From assembly GCF_037042905.1 (NCBI RefSeq), contig NC_087250.1:9798001-9862000 (forward strand): a stretch of DNA of 64,000 nucleotides, given 5' to 3'. How positions within the stretch are numbered: the first letter of the stretch is position 1; each line of letters opens with the position of its first letter. The notes below the pieces were generated by a model. It was not told the origin of the DNA and did no database searches. It saw nothing but the letters and a program-made list of their open reading frames with translations. The DNA is from Lytechinus pictus. Its lineage: Eukaryota. This document shows positions 25,701-37,100 of this stretch, piece by piece. The position numbers and the translations under genes were made by a program.

Positions 25701-28700
25701 GACATAATGGAGGTCACTCAGAAAGGTTGTCGAAAAGGAAAGAAGGGTTGTAAAGATCACCTAATGACAAACAAAGCAATAATCGGTAATGCTCGCCAAA
25801 GACAGACCAATCTATCCATGGCTTGGATAGACTACAGGAAGGCATTTGACAGCGTACCACATAGTTGGATCATCAAAGTTCTAGAGATGTATCACATCAA
25901 TCCACAAATAGTCAAGTGCATATCAGCAGGCATGAAACAATGGAGCACTACTCTTTCGCTTACGATAGGCACCCGTTCGATGACAGTGGAGGGGGTCCGA
26001 ATCAAGAGAGGAATATTTCAAGGAGATTCCTTATCTCCTCTTTTATTCTGCTTAGCTCTCAATCCAGTATGCTCTCTCTTACACGCTACGAGTTATGGCT
26101 ACAGATACAAAGGGCAAGATGTATCTACGACAATAAACCATCTGATATATATGGATGATATCAAACTCTTTGCAAAAAATGACGATGAACTTCACAAGAT
26201 GATAGCAGTAGTTCAACATTTCAGCGATGACATCAAGATGTCGTTTGGTATAGACAAGTGTGCCAAAGTTACACTTGTACGAGGAAGGAGGGTAAATACA
26301 GGCGACATGTTTGTGCAAGATGAGGAAACATCAATCAAGGAACTGACTAATGATTCGACATATAAATATCTAGGCATAGCTGAGAACGATGTCATTAGCC
26401 ATAACACAATGAAGGAGAAGGCAACATCAGAATACAAAAGAAGACTCGGGCTGATCCTTAAATCCGAACTGAATGCCAAAAATAAGATTGAAGCGATCAA
26501 CACTCTAGCCATTCCTGTGCTTAGATACAGTTTTGGTATTGTTAACTGGAGACTAGCTGATATATGTGGCCTAGATATTATGACCAGAAAGCAATTAACG
26601 ATGCACAGATTACATCACCCAAAGGCCGCAATCGAAAGGTTGTACCTTCCCCGTGATCTTGGAGGAAGAGGTCTACAACAAATTGAGATGGTCTGGAATA
26701 TGGAAGCAACGAACCTCGCCAACTACCTATCCAATCCACCTGATATACTGACGAGTATATCCCTCGATTATGATAAATGTCAAGCAATATACTCCATTAA
26801 CAAGCAAGCATCTATCTTATTGGCACAACATCGACTGACACTACCCTACGGTGAAAAAGAGAAGGCAAGACTTAAATGCTCCTTTCACAAGAAACTTCAA
26901 GAGCAACTTAAATCCAAGCGACTTCATGGCCACCATGAAAAACAGATGCATCGGGAGTTCGTAGACCAGAAAGACACACATCAATGGCTTAAGTCGGCGG
27001 GACTAAGAGGTGAAACTGAAGGGTTCGTCTATGCTATTCAGGACCAGGTGGTGAGGACCCGTGCCTACGAAAAATCTATCCTCAGAAGAGACACAGACGA
27101 CACTTGCAGGATGTGTGGAAAAGAGACCGAAACAATCATGCATTTGGTATCAGCATGTTCGACTCTTGCTGGAACTGAGTACATCACAAGACATGACAAT
27201 ATTGCCAAAGTTATCCATTGGCAACTACTGAAGGATCGCGGTAAAATGACTTGTGATCACGCTTGGGAACATCAGCCACAAACGATCACCACGATCAATA
27301 ACAGCACCATATATTGGAACTGTGGCATACTAACGGATAGAACCATCAACTGCAACAAGCCGGACATCATCGTCAGAGACAACAACGTAGTAAATATCAT
27401 TGAGGTCTCTGTTCCCCATGATATCAACATTGCTGTAAAGGAAAGAGACAAACGGCTCAAGTATCAAGACCTAAGGATTGAGATCGAGAGGATGTGGAAC
27501 GTGAAAGCAGAGGTCACACCAGTCATCATTGGTCACTCAGGAATGGTGAAGAAGGGAATGGAAGCCTGCATAACCAAGATCTCTCCTCACCTTCGGATGT
27601 ACGACATTCAGAAGGCAGCTATCTTGGGTACAACCAGATTGATAAGAAAGACTCTCGGACATTAGTAGTGTAAAGTTCCTAGTTGCACTTGAAATTACTT
27701 GGTGCTTTTTGTTAGAGCAAAGTTATTCAAGAAAAAAATACGGACTTGATCCTGTTTAGAGGAATAATAATAATAAACAGTTCTTGTATAGCGCATATCA
27801 CGATTATGAATAATGTCTCTATGCGCTTCCAAAGGACTTGGATATTATTACCCCAGCTGTAGCTTGGCAGCCGTAATTACTAAGATTACAGCGCACACGC
27901 ATTTCAAGGAATAAATTCCTGCCAGGTATCCATTCACCTCACCTGGGTTGAGTGCAGCACAATGTGGATAAATTTCTTGCCGAAGGAAATTACGCCATGG
28001 CTGGGATTCGAACCCACAACCCTCTGTTTCAAAGTCCGGAGACTAATCCACTGGGCCACAACGCTCCACTAATTGTATAAAACCTATGGGGAAAATGAGA
28101 GGGGATTTTGGAGGGGTTTGAAGAGGGCTCAATGGTGGCGCATGGAAATAATTCCACGTTATATTACCAAGAAACCTCTGAAATATATTCATCTCAAATT
28201 TAAGGGGAATAAATTGAATGAAACAAATTCAAAATGTAAAATCGTCTATTCCTTCAGCCCTTCTTCATATCTCTCATATATTTTGTACACAACCATCTCG
28301 CGATACGCAAAGGTAAAAACAGGTCGTTATTTACTCAACGCTGTAGGGCGCTCTTCCCGAGCGTTTCCAGGGGGGTGAAACTCCGCTTCTGCATCCGGTC
28401 AGAATTGGGAAAAATTTTAGAGGGTCAAAAGTGGACACTGCTCCCATTTTTCAAGTACAAGCCTAGAGACACCGCCACTGTATTGGTACACCAGCGAAAT
28501 GGAGGCGTGGTCATGAAACGTCCTTCATGCATAGCGTAAATTAGCATTTTGTCACTAATTAGAATAATGTGCGACCTGATTGAATATCGTTGGTGTCGCT
28601 TTAGCTCGAGCTGCCTTTTAGCGCTCATGCATTCAAGGAATTAATCCTGCCGGGTACCCATTCACCTCATCTGTGTTGAGTGCAGCACAATGTGGATAAA

Positions 28701-31700
28701 TTTCTTGCTGAAATGAATTCTTATTTCTTATGAAATTAAATGAAAATTTCTTGCTAAAGGCTGGGATTCGAACCCACGACCCTCTGTTTCGAAGTCAGAA
28801 GAATTATCCACTGGGCCACAACGCTCCACAATGTACAACAAAGAAAAGCAGATATGGTGCCTATTATTAATTAGAATATTTGGAATTCGGAGGGGTTTGA
28901 GTAATATGTCTACTATTAAATCATACTGCATAGCTCATGTAGCTCTGATGCACATCGGGAATGCATTCACCCTTTGTATTCACAATGCAGTGTAACGGCA
29001 ATCGCAGGTATAGCCAAAGATACTACAAGGAGAAGATCGGACACTTCGACGGTTTTTTTAAACGCTCGATAAATGCTTATGGGGAAGGGCGCCAAACAGT
29101 GTTGAGTATTTAAACCTTTGCATATCTGCACTCGACTGTGTATAAAACCTATGGGGAAAATGAGAAAGGGGATTTTGGAGGGGTTTGGAGAGGGCTCAAG
29201 GGTGGCGCATGGAAATAATTACACGTTTTATTACCAAGAAACCTCTGAAATATATTTATCTCAAATTTAAGGGGAAAAAATTGACTGAAAAACTTTCCAA
29301 ATGTAAAATCGTCTATATCTTCAGCCCTTCACCATATCTCTCATATGTTTTGTACACAACCATCTCGCGATACGCAAAGGTAAAAAAAGGTCGTTACTTA
29401 CTCAACGCTGTAGGGCGCTCTTCCCGAGCGTTTCATTACGCGGTCTATGTACTGTCCGATCTTCCCCTTGTAGTATATTTGGTATAGCGTTTCGGGGGGT
29501 GCTGCATATGGGGAATAATACACGCAGCACCCCCTAGGAAAACCCCATCACCCCGCTGACACATTCATATGTTCTTGAAAGCATTCTGCGTCGCGGTGCT
29601 AAACTCCCTATTTAGATGCAATAGAGTTTCGTACCGCGACGCAGAATGTTTTTTTTTAGAACATAGGAATGTATTACAAAAAGGTTTTCGTGACAAGGGG
29701 TAACAAAGAGGTATTTGCCGAAAATTGGTGATACATAACAGAAGTTTTGTCCGGGACTCTGGACGAACGATATATTTGCAATTTTCGTGTTTTTTTAAAT
29801 ATATTTATTTCAATACGGTTAAAAAAATACTTGCTCTCAGCCGACAAGGCTGTTTCTCAGCAAGTCCGTGCAGTTCAATTTACAAAATTCTCAAAAACAA
29901 GTAAGAAAAATAAAAACGGGTGTTTTCTACTCGCCGTACGGGGAATGGGACCGCAGCGTTAGGACGAAACTGCTGATTTGGTTCACCAATATTCGACAAA
30001 GACCTCCCAGCTTTTCATTGTCATTTGACGCCTATTTTCATATCGGTTTGTGTTATAGGAAAAAGCGATCAGCCGATACAACGTGCAACTATTTACTACG
30101 TGGAATTTTAGACCAAGCTTCAGAAAAATTGAGGGGACGGAAACAGAACTACTCCATTGATTCATATGTCGGTTCGATAATGAGGGTGATGATGGTGAGG
30201 AAATAACATAAAAGATTAAATCCATGCTGCACATATGTTTCTTATACTCCACTTACTTCAGTTTAATTTGAATCCAAAGTTCAGAATAAAGGACGAATAA
30301 GCTTACTTAACATGTTTACCATCACAAGAATAATAGTAATAATAATGATATAACATTTATAGGGCGCTTAATACAGATGTTTCTAAGCGTTCAGTTTTCT
30401 GCTTTCTTTTGAATTACCGGGGAAAATAAAAAGTGGTCTTAATGATTTCAAAACAAAATTTAAAGAAACAAACGAAACGCAACTAAGATACGCACCTCCA
30501 TAATAATAGACCTACCCACAACTGATATCTAGACATTAAAAAGGTGGGTCTTTAGCAAGGTCTCAAGGGAGTTGGCATTATGGATACGAGATTGTAATTT
30601 ATTCCACTGGATTAGAACAACAACAGAGAAGGCTCGATCACCATAACTGGTATTTGTACGTGGTCCTAAAGTTAGCTGCAAGGTTTTTGAAGAACGAAGT
30701 GGTCTGAGTGAGCTAGAAGAGCGGAGAGAGATGAGGTAAGAGAGATATTCAGGAGCTAGGCCATTGATTATTTTATACGTCAAAAGAAGAACTTTGAAAA
30801 CGATGCGCTGGCGTATTGGAAGCCAATAAAATAATTACAGAATATGTGTGATATGTTCAGATTTTCTTAAAAGAGTAACAAGCCTTGCAGCAGTATTTTT
30901 TCATTCTTTGGAGTGGGCGTTAATGTGAGAGTGGGAAACCAGAAAGAGCAGAATTGCAGTAATCAAGGTGGAAAGATACAAAAGCATGGGTAAGTTTACT
31001 AGTTATGGTCATTGTGGTCGGGTCGAGTAGCTTCCTCATTTTTCCATGTTTGGAAAATCAAATCCATGTAGCAACGAACCATATTTAATTTGACCAATAA
31101 CAGAGCCACCATTGGGATCGTTACATGTGTCTAAATGACTTATCAATCCTTTTCATTTGCTCTTTAGTCTTCATCGAAAGTTCCCTGTATTGCAGAACAT
31201 GTATCGGTGTCTTTTCGCTTTGTTTTCCAGATTGACTATTAGTAAATGTACATAATCTTTTTAAACAAGACAGGCGCCCTTTATGAAAGTTCAGTCCAGA
31301 CAGATCTAAGGCTACCTCTTAAACATAAGAAATAGGACACTTATTTTGACAATCAAAGCTTTACAGGTTTCAACATCGACACGGTAGCGAATGGGAGCGC
31401 AAAGAGAAGGGTTTTTTCAGTCTGTGTCATCGTCTTCCCTCACTTCTCTCACACTCACTTTCTTTATTTCGAAACCTACTATCGTTTTTTTGTCCACATT
31501 CTGGTCATTTTTATACATACCGACTGCACATGTTGGTCCTTGAAACCTGGCTGAACAGGAGCAGGTGAAACCTTCCAGTGTTTCCGTGCATGTTCCTCCA
31601 TTAAGACATGGGTTGGGTAAACAGTCTGAGATCGAGAATTTGACGTGACACGACAAATTGAAGTAGATGGGAAAGTGAGTTAGCAGGGCATATAGAAACG

Positions 31701-34128
31701 GAGAAAAGAGACAAATGCAGAAACGGGGAGACATATAAAGACAGAGGCAGAAACGGGGAGACATAAAAAGACAGAAGGGATGGTTTGGGAAATAAAAGTG
31801 ATATTGCCATCTTTATCGTCAGAGGAACAATTGTATTCAAAACCTGTTATTTTACTCTCAAAACACTCGACGGGCGGATCCAGAGGGGCACATTCGGCCC
31901 GTGCCACCCCCTTTTAGGAGGCATCAGTATTTTTTGTTTTGGTCATTCATAGACGTGAGGACTTATTTTTTTATTTTATTTATTTTTTTGGCTTGTCAAA
32001 TTGTTCATGGAACAAAATGACATTTCTTTGATATTGAAGACCTTTTTTTGCATGTCATTTTTTTCTACATCAAATAACCTCGAATTGGTAGTGAGTTCTT
32101 TTTTTTCCAACATTTTCCTATAAATACGTGCCTCCCCCTCCCCATTAGAAAATCCTGGATTCACCCAAGCTCGATACAATCCACACCCTTGTAGTACAAA
32201 CTAGACAATGCTTTTTTTTCCATGGCGTGAAATTGGTAGTTTCATTAGTATGTGGGCGATTCCATGCTAGAAAAATCAGCCATTTTCTCAACATTTTTCA
32301 ACCTGCTGTCCAGACGAACGAAGAACTTCAATTTGCTTTGTGGTAATATTGAAGGACTACTGGGTAGACATGCAAACAACTGACAACCAACACAAATATG
32401 TTGTCCATAGTTGAATTAGAGCTTAAAATGTTGCGTGCCGTACGGGACATTTCTGCGTCCCGTACAACACTTTTTACCTCTAATTTACCCACAATCTATT
32501 TTTTGTGTGTGTTGGTTATTAGTTTTTCACATGACTACCCACGATAGCTTTATCATTGACAACAAAGAATATTTTATTGCTCAAGCATTCGGCTAGGAAA
32601 CTAGAAATTGTCAAAATGTCCCGTACGAAACGCATGGAATCGCCCATGTGGAATTCACAGCGGAGCAATTGCCCAGAGGAGCAAATTTCATCGAATCATT
32701 ATGAGCCACCAATTTTCGACAACGAATTCTTGCTCTATGTCATAAAGGATACTCGATATTTTATCATACATAAATCAAATTTTGTATACATATTGGTCAG
32801 AATAGCATCATGTGACCAAACATATTTTCACTATTTTGCGATGATGTTGAAAATGAAATGACCATTGAAGAAAATTGACTATTCCGTGATGTCAATAACG
32901 GAATAATGCACTATTCCATCATTGACATCTCATTATACTGACACACATCATGCAATCTCTCGGGCGCATCGGTCAGCGAGGCAATTCGACCGGGCAAATC
33001 TTTGGCGTAGGCACAAATCCGCGCGATATCTGTATTTCAGTTCAGATTAAAAATAGGATGAACTAGATGTGCAAGAACTAGATTATCAAGACGTATTGTT
33101 CTAACTTAATATTAAATGTACGATATAAAACAAATATACCAGGCTTTCATTTTGAAAGTAAAGAGGCAATTATTCATTCTCGGTTGCACTGGCAAAATTA
33201 GTAATGCCAGTCCAACCTCGGACAAATAATTACGCAAGGCCTGATATGTTTCTATAATATAATTTCCCTGCTTCTGGACCCTCCGAACATCGTGGAGCGA
33301 AAACTCGCTGCAGATATAAAAATGACAGTCTTAAAAGAGGCTTTGACAACATACCTGGGAGTTTGAAGATGAAGATGAATCGATTTGAAACGATTCTCTT
33401 TATCCCTGGCCAGTTGGTGTCATCTCTGACTATTAACTTGGGTTCCAGGGCAGCGATGTCTACCGTTTGCAGTAAGCCTGCTCCGCACCTTGCGTTTACT
33501 GGCATACCAAACTTTAAGACTGAAAAAAAAAAATCAGACGAGATTCCAAGTCAGTCCCATCCCTACCGTCTTCGGTGAGCAAAAACAAATATGTGGCTTG
33601 GCCCTGGGAAGCGGGGGTATACTGGGGAGAAGGGGGGGGGGGTATCTTTCTTTTTCTTTTTTCGCGAATTTTGTCGCCAAATTTGTCGTGATGTATATTT
33701 ACCTTGCTTGAGCTGTGATCAAACCAGCGCCTGAAACTGGATGGAAGTTGTCCGGATTCCAGCAGGAGAGCCAATTTGGGGAGTGTTATAGGATATCACG
33801 TATAAACGGAAGCGTAAAAGAAAACACTGGTACGCCGAGTACAAAACGAAATTGATTATTGATCATCGATTCTTTTTTTAAGTATCCATGGGACTAAGCT
33901 TGAAGGGAGGTTGATGATGTTGGAGAAGAATGCAATGAATAAGAGGGTTATCAACACAGAGCGTTCGTGCATAATAAGCTAAAAGATAAATGCAAAATAC
34001 CACAAAATATACGTATTGGGTTAGACATATTACGGAATCCATGTGACATAAACGTAACTAAGTAAATACTTACTCAAAAGCAAAAAGCTTGTTAGCACTA
34101 GAGATCTTCTAACGAAACCTCTCGTCAT
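15971..34128 (-). CDS. Complete spliced gene: secreted EGF + C-type lectin domain protein, 246 aa; join(34074..34128,33355..33519,31521..31625,21374..21561,15971..16198)
   Basis: All introns are GT-AG with matching phases (1,1,1,0) and 55+165+105+188+228 = 741 nt. Translation: [33 protein letters not shown]...[54 protein letters not shown]...[16 protein letters not shown]...YWIGLHR...[14 protein letters not shown]...PYC...WRDTFC...[10 protein letters not shown]. Additional undetected exons cannot be excluded. Confidence 0.8.
16483..17220. mobile_element. MITE (GGCCCGTATTCTGAA TIR) with a nested second MITE at 16750-17177 (unit-2 copy 48989-49726)
   Basis: Outer TIR GGCCCGTATTCTGAA / TTCAGAATACGGGCC. 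Inner TIR CCCCCGTCACACTTATTCGGAATC / GATTCGGAATAAGTGTGATGGGGG, flanked by TTA and TAA. Confidence 0.8.
17986..18422. mobile_element. hAT-like MITE with 8-bp TSD (unit-2 copy 50492-50928)
   Basis: CTTTGATT-CACCGGCGTAAATCC...GGATTTACGCCAATG-CTTTGATT. Confidence 0.8.
19468..20287. mobile_element. Tc1/mariner-like foldback MITE (unit-2 copy 51985-52804)
   Basis: TA-CAGTGCGTCCCAGAATAAACGAAACCGAGATTT...AAATCTCGGTTTCGTTTTTTGTGGGAAGCACTG-TA, with long inverted arms. Confidence 0.88.
20399..20512. mobile_element. 114-bp hAT-like hairpin MITE with 8-bp TSD (unit-2 copy 52916-53029)
   Basis: AATAGCAT-CAGTGGCGGACCGTGAC...GTCACGGTCCGCCGCTG-AATAGCAT. Confidence 0.88.
21374..21561 (-). CDS. Coding exon 4 (N-terminal half of C-type lectin domain)
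   Basis: [14 protein letters not shown]...AMYTC...[12 protein letters not shown]. Acceptor cctgcag, donor GTGAGT in phase 0. Confidence 0.92.
21569..21838 (-). mobile_element. tRNA-derived SINE abutting the exon-4 splice acceptor (unit-2 copy 54086-54355)
   Basis: Minus strand reads GGAGCGTTATGGCCCAGTGG...GGTTCGAATCCC...TATAAATGCC(TAT)n. Confidence 0.85.
22211..22722 (+). mobile_element. 5'-truncated R4/Dong element of a second family (endonuclease end plus 3'UTR)
   Basis: [21 protein letters not shown]...IIDIAIP...KYNDL...[10 protein letters not shown]...IQKASLLGT. Flanked by (AAT)n and clearly divergent from the long element. Confidence 0.9.
22711..25506 (+). pseudogene. N-terminal part of the R4/Dong ORF (duplicated N-terminal domain, D/N-rich spacer, pre-RT region)
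   Basis: 931-aa ORF containing [12 protein letters not shown] and YWKELW pre-RT blocks. It ends at a frameshift just before the RT domain. Confidence 0.8.
22777..27762 (+). mobile_element. R4/Dong-clade non-LTR retrotransposon (RT + restriction-like endonuclease), near full length, frameshifted
   Basis: RT motifs [34 protein letters not shown] and YMDD. CCHC knuckle CRMC...HLVSAC, then RHD and KPD...IIEVS...KY endonuclease motifs. (AAT)n on both flanks. Confidence 0.92.
25476..27665 (+). pseudogene. RT-RLE part of the R4/Dong ORF
   Basis: The frame is open from 25476 ([30 protein letters not shown]) into the 674-aa ORF at 25641-27665. Confidence 0.88.
27763..28067 (-). mobile_element. tRNA-derived SINE whose tail hosts the R4/Dong elements (unit-2 copy 60277-60581)
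   Basis: Full head, body and tail on the minus strand. TGTATAA is duplicated at 22150-22156 and 28074-28080. Confidence 0.85.
28598..28827 (-). mobile_element. 3'-truncated tRNA-SINE, part of a local duplication (unit-2 copy 61112-61341)
   Basis: Matches 21655-21838. Confidence 0.8.
29009..29486. mobile_element. MITE, uninterrupted copy (an interrupted copy lies at 22020-22156 + 28074-28367; unit-2 copy 61523-62000)
   Basis: TIR CCAAAGATACTACAAGGAGAAGATCGGACA / TGTCCGATCTTCCCCTTGTAGTATATTTGG. Confidence 0.75.
30330..31050 (-). mobile_element. Decayed L2-clade LINE 3' fragment (also 1-~560 and ~62845-63560)
   Basis: Minus-strand remnants [40 protein letters not shown] and LKTHLF. 3' end reads ...AAGCGCCCTATAAATG...TATTATT. 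Confidence 0.8.
31521..31625 (-). CDS. Coding exon 3 (EGF-like domain)
   Basis: Six-Cys EGF pattern [12 protein letters not shown]...FTCSC...FQGPTC. Phase 1-1 exon of 105 nt with ctcag acceptor and GTATG donor. Confidence 0.92.
33355..33519 (-). CDS. Coding exon 2 (end of signal peptide plus spacer)
   Basis: Acceptor ttttttttttcag and donor CAG/GTATG. Open 165-nt phase 1-1 exon [15 protein letters not shown]...FKLP. Confidence 0.72.
34074..34128 (-). CDS. Coding exon 1 (signal peptide [18 protein letters not shown]) of the complete gene copy
   Basis: Acceptor ctcttgtttccag precedes 34152, ATG at 34128, hydrophobic run, donor GTAAGT in phase 1. Confidence 0.72.
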
Positions 34129-37100
34129 CTTCTTCAACGCCGAGTATATTTACTGGAAACAAGAGATGCGTAAATATGGACAAGTTTGTGTATTGATTTG
34201 ATTTTTACGCATTTACATAGCATTTATGATTTATGTCATTCACGCAGACAAGTTATTACATGAATGATAATAATAATACTAATTATTATTATTATTATAT
34301 AACTTATCCGTTAGTATTTGCACATATGGGCAGTTGTAATTATATATTATAACGGTAATGGATTTGAGTTTTTTTCTAATCAGTATGACCATTTAGTTTC
34401 AAACGTTGTTCTTCCGAGGCCAAGTATAATAATAATAACAATAATAATAATAACAATAATGATAATAACAATGATGATAACAACAAAAGCTGGATTTTTA
34501 AGCGATCTTTGTCTGAGGATACATAGCGCTGCAATAATTACCCCAGCTTTAACTGTGCTGCCATGGCCCTTGGAAGCGGGGTGCTGAGTGTATTAATCAC
34601 CATTGGCAGCACCCCCAGGTATTCTGGCATAAATTGGGGGAAAATCTTAACCAAAATTACCCTCATTTTGTAGTAAAACCCCCTGTTTGTTGTTTTCTTT
34701 TTTCAAATTTCTTGAAACCAATTTGAGCTCCTGGAGGGCCCTGATACGTGCTAAAGCTGAAGCATTCAAGGAATTTCTTCCTACAGGTTACCCATTCATC
34801 TCGCCTGGGTTGAGTGCAGCACAATGTGGGTAAATTTCTTGAAGGAAAGTAGACCATGGCTAGGAATCGAACCCACGTCCCTCAGATTAAAAGATGAGAG
34901 TCATAAAGTACTAGACCACGACACCCCCACATAAAGAGCAGAACAAATCGTAGCAGGTGATGGATGATCCGATGTTATCTCTTTTCCTCAACTTTGCAGG
35001 GCGTATATATGTTACCATCATAATCATAACACACACACAAACAAAACTACACCACGGTCGTTTCCCTCCAGGGCTGCAACTTGTCACCTTTGCTATTTCA
35101 TTCTTGCTTTCACTTAGTTTACGAATGTTTTTCGAATGTTTTCCAAGGACGTTATGTGCGTCAACGCAGAGAATAATCCTTTGTTCATAGGGGGGAACAA
35201 TGCTTACCCCCCCCAAAAAAAAAAATGACTGTCCTCTGACTGACGCTCATGATGGACATGATGGTAAAAATGGTAAAGATAATGTCTGTTACCTCTGCCT
35301 TGTTTCCTTTTGCATCCGCAAGCCTCACAAAATTAGTACAGACCTTAAAACATTCATACTTATCAAGGCAGAATCTCCTAAGTCAAGAATACGCATGCAT
35401 TCAATGCGCGCAAATTGTGTTTCGTCGCAGAGCAACACACTACAGCAGTGGCACGAAGACAGCATTTACGCATTGATTGTCAAGATCCCAACGTGAGTGA
35501 TAGCTTTAAAGGGGAATCCAGCCCTGGCCATACACTGTTGTGTTGAGAAGGAGAAAAATAAATTAAAGAGAATGGTGATAGTTTGAAAGAAATTGGACAA
35601 GCAATAATAAAGTTATAGCTGTTTATAAATTGAGATCACTAATACTATGTAGATTTCAAATTGGCAAATGGGTAAGTAAATTATGACAAGGGGCAAGGAC
35701 AACTTTCCCATAGGCCATGTACTTTATTATCAGCGATTTGTGGTTTTCTCCTAAGTACCCATTCCCCTGGGGCCTTAATCTAAATATAAAAAAAGTAGTA
35801 TATTGTTTTATGTCCTCATGAAAGAAAAACATAAATTAAAATAAAACTTTTGGGAAAAATGACATTTTAGCCATAATATGCATTGGAGTACATGGAAGAG
35901 TATTCCTTGCCTTACATCACTATGACATCCCATATGCGGCCATTTGAAGTCTCCATGGGTATAGTGATTACCAATATTTACAACTTTTAAAAATTCATAA
36001 CTTTCTTGTTGTTTGTCCAAAATTGTTCAAACTTCCACCTATCAACTTGTCTGATTTTTCTTTTCCTTATAAAAACAAGTTTTTATTTGGGTTTGATTCC
36101 CCTTTAAAGGTATACGTTCCTGGAATTCATGAGGGCGTTGGACAAACTACGCTCAACTTGCGGCGCCAGCTACTCATTGGCACCAGTGCAATACGACGCC
36201 TACGCAGATGCCACGTTCTGTATGCCCGAACTGCATGACGACTTTCAATTCGCGTATGCTTCAGCTGCTGTTCAAAGATCTTGGCAGGTTGGCCCCGCCT
36301 CCTACTGCAGTGACGTAAGCAGATCAACGCAGCGCAGTACTGTGCATAGGTACATGCACATCACTGGTGATTGACAGCCGCATGCAAATTACATGTACGA
36401 CAATGATCTTTGTAAAGAGGTAAGAGGCGAGTAGAGCAGTAACAATACCGTCCAACAGCGCCATACCTTTTAGTGAGCATATCCGAGATACCGAATTCAA
36501 ATGATGACCGGAAGCACTCTCAAAACAAAACAGTCGAAATGACTAGTTAATCGGGTCAGTTGAGTGCAAACTGTCATTCTAGTCATGTGTATTCTAATTG
36601 TATTTTACTAGAACAGAGTTATTTCTGACTAGAATATACGTCAGAAATGTGACTAGACATTGTCAGTTGCACCCAGCTGACTACTGATCTAGTCATTTTG
36701 ACTGCTGTGATTCAAGGATGTGTGACCAGGGCTTCACAAGACAAAGAGCCTTGCTCTAAAACTGACCATGCTCATGCATGGAATTAACTTCAAGAAAAAA
36801 ATTAATAGGACGAACATCCATTTCCCCCAGATACTTTTCCTACCTACAACAGAAATGATTTATACCTCGGTCACATTTGCTCTACGGCGAGTCGAAAACA
36901 GCCGTTTTATTCATTTTTTCTAAACCACCTTTATGTAGCTGGTACAAAAATGCTAAAACGGTCGTTTTCGATTCGCCGTACGGCCGCCGTAGAGCAAATG
37001 TGACCGAGGTATCAGTGTTAAACAGTGTGGGGGTATTCTGAACTTCGGTTTAATCTAAACTCTTGTCTAAAGTTGTGGTTTAACAATGAAAAGTCAGTCG

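Larger units (their letters stand above)
1..30478 (+). repeat. Tandem segmental duplication, unit 1 (30,478 bp; boundary set by the window start)
   Basis: GCAACTAAGATACGC at 1 recurs at 30479 and 62993. The ORF track repeats almost identically at offsets of about 30.37 kb and then about 32.51 kb. Confidence 0.97.
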
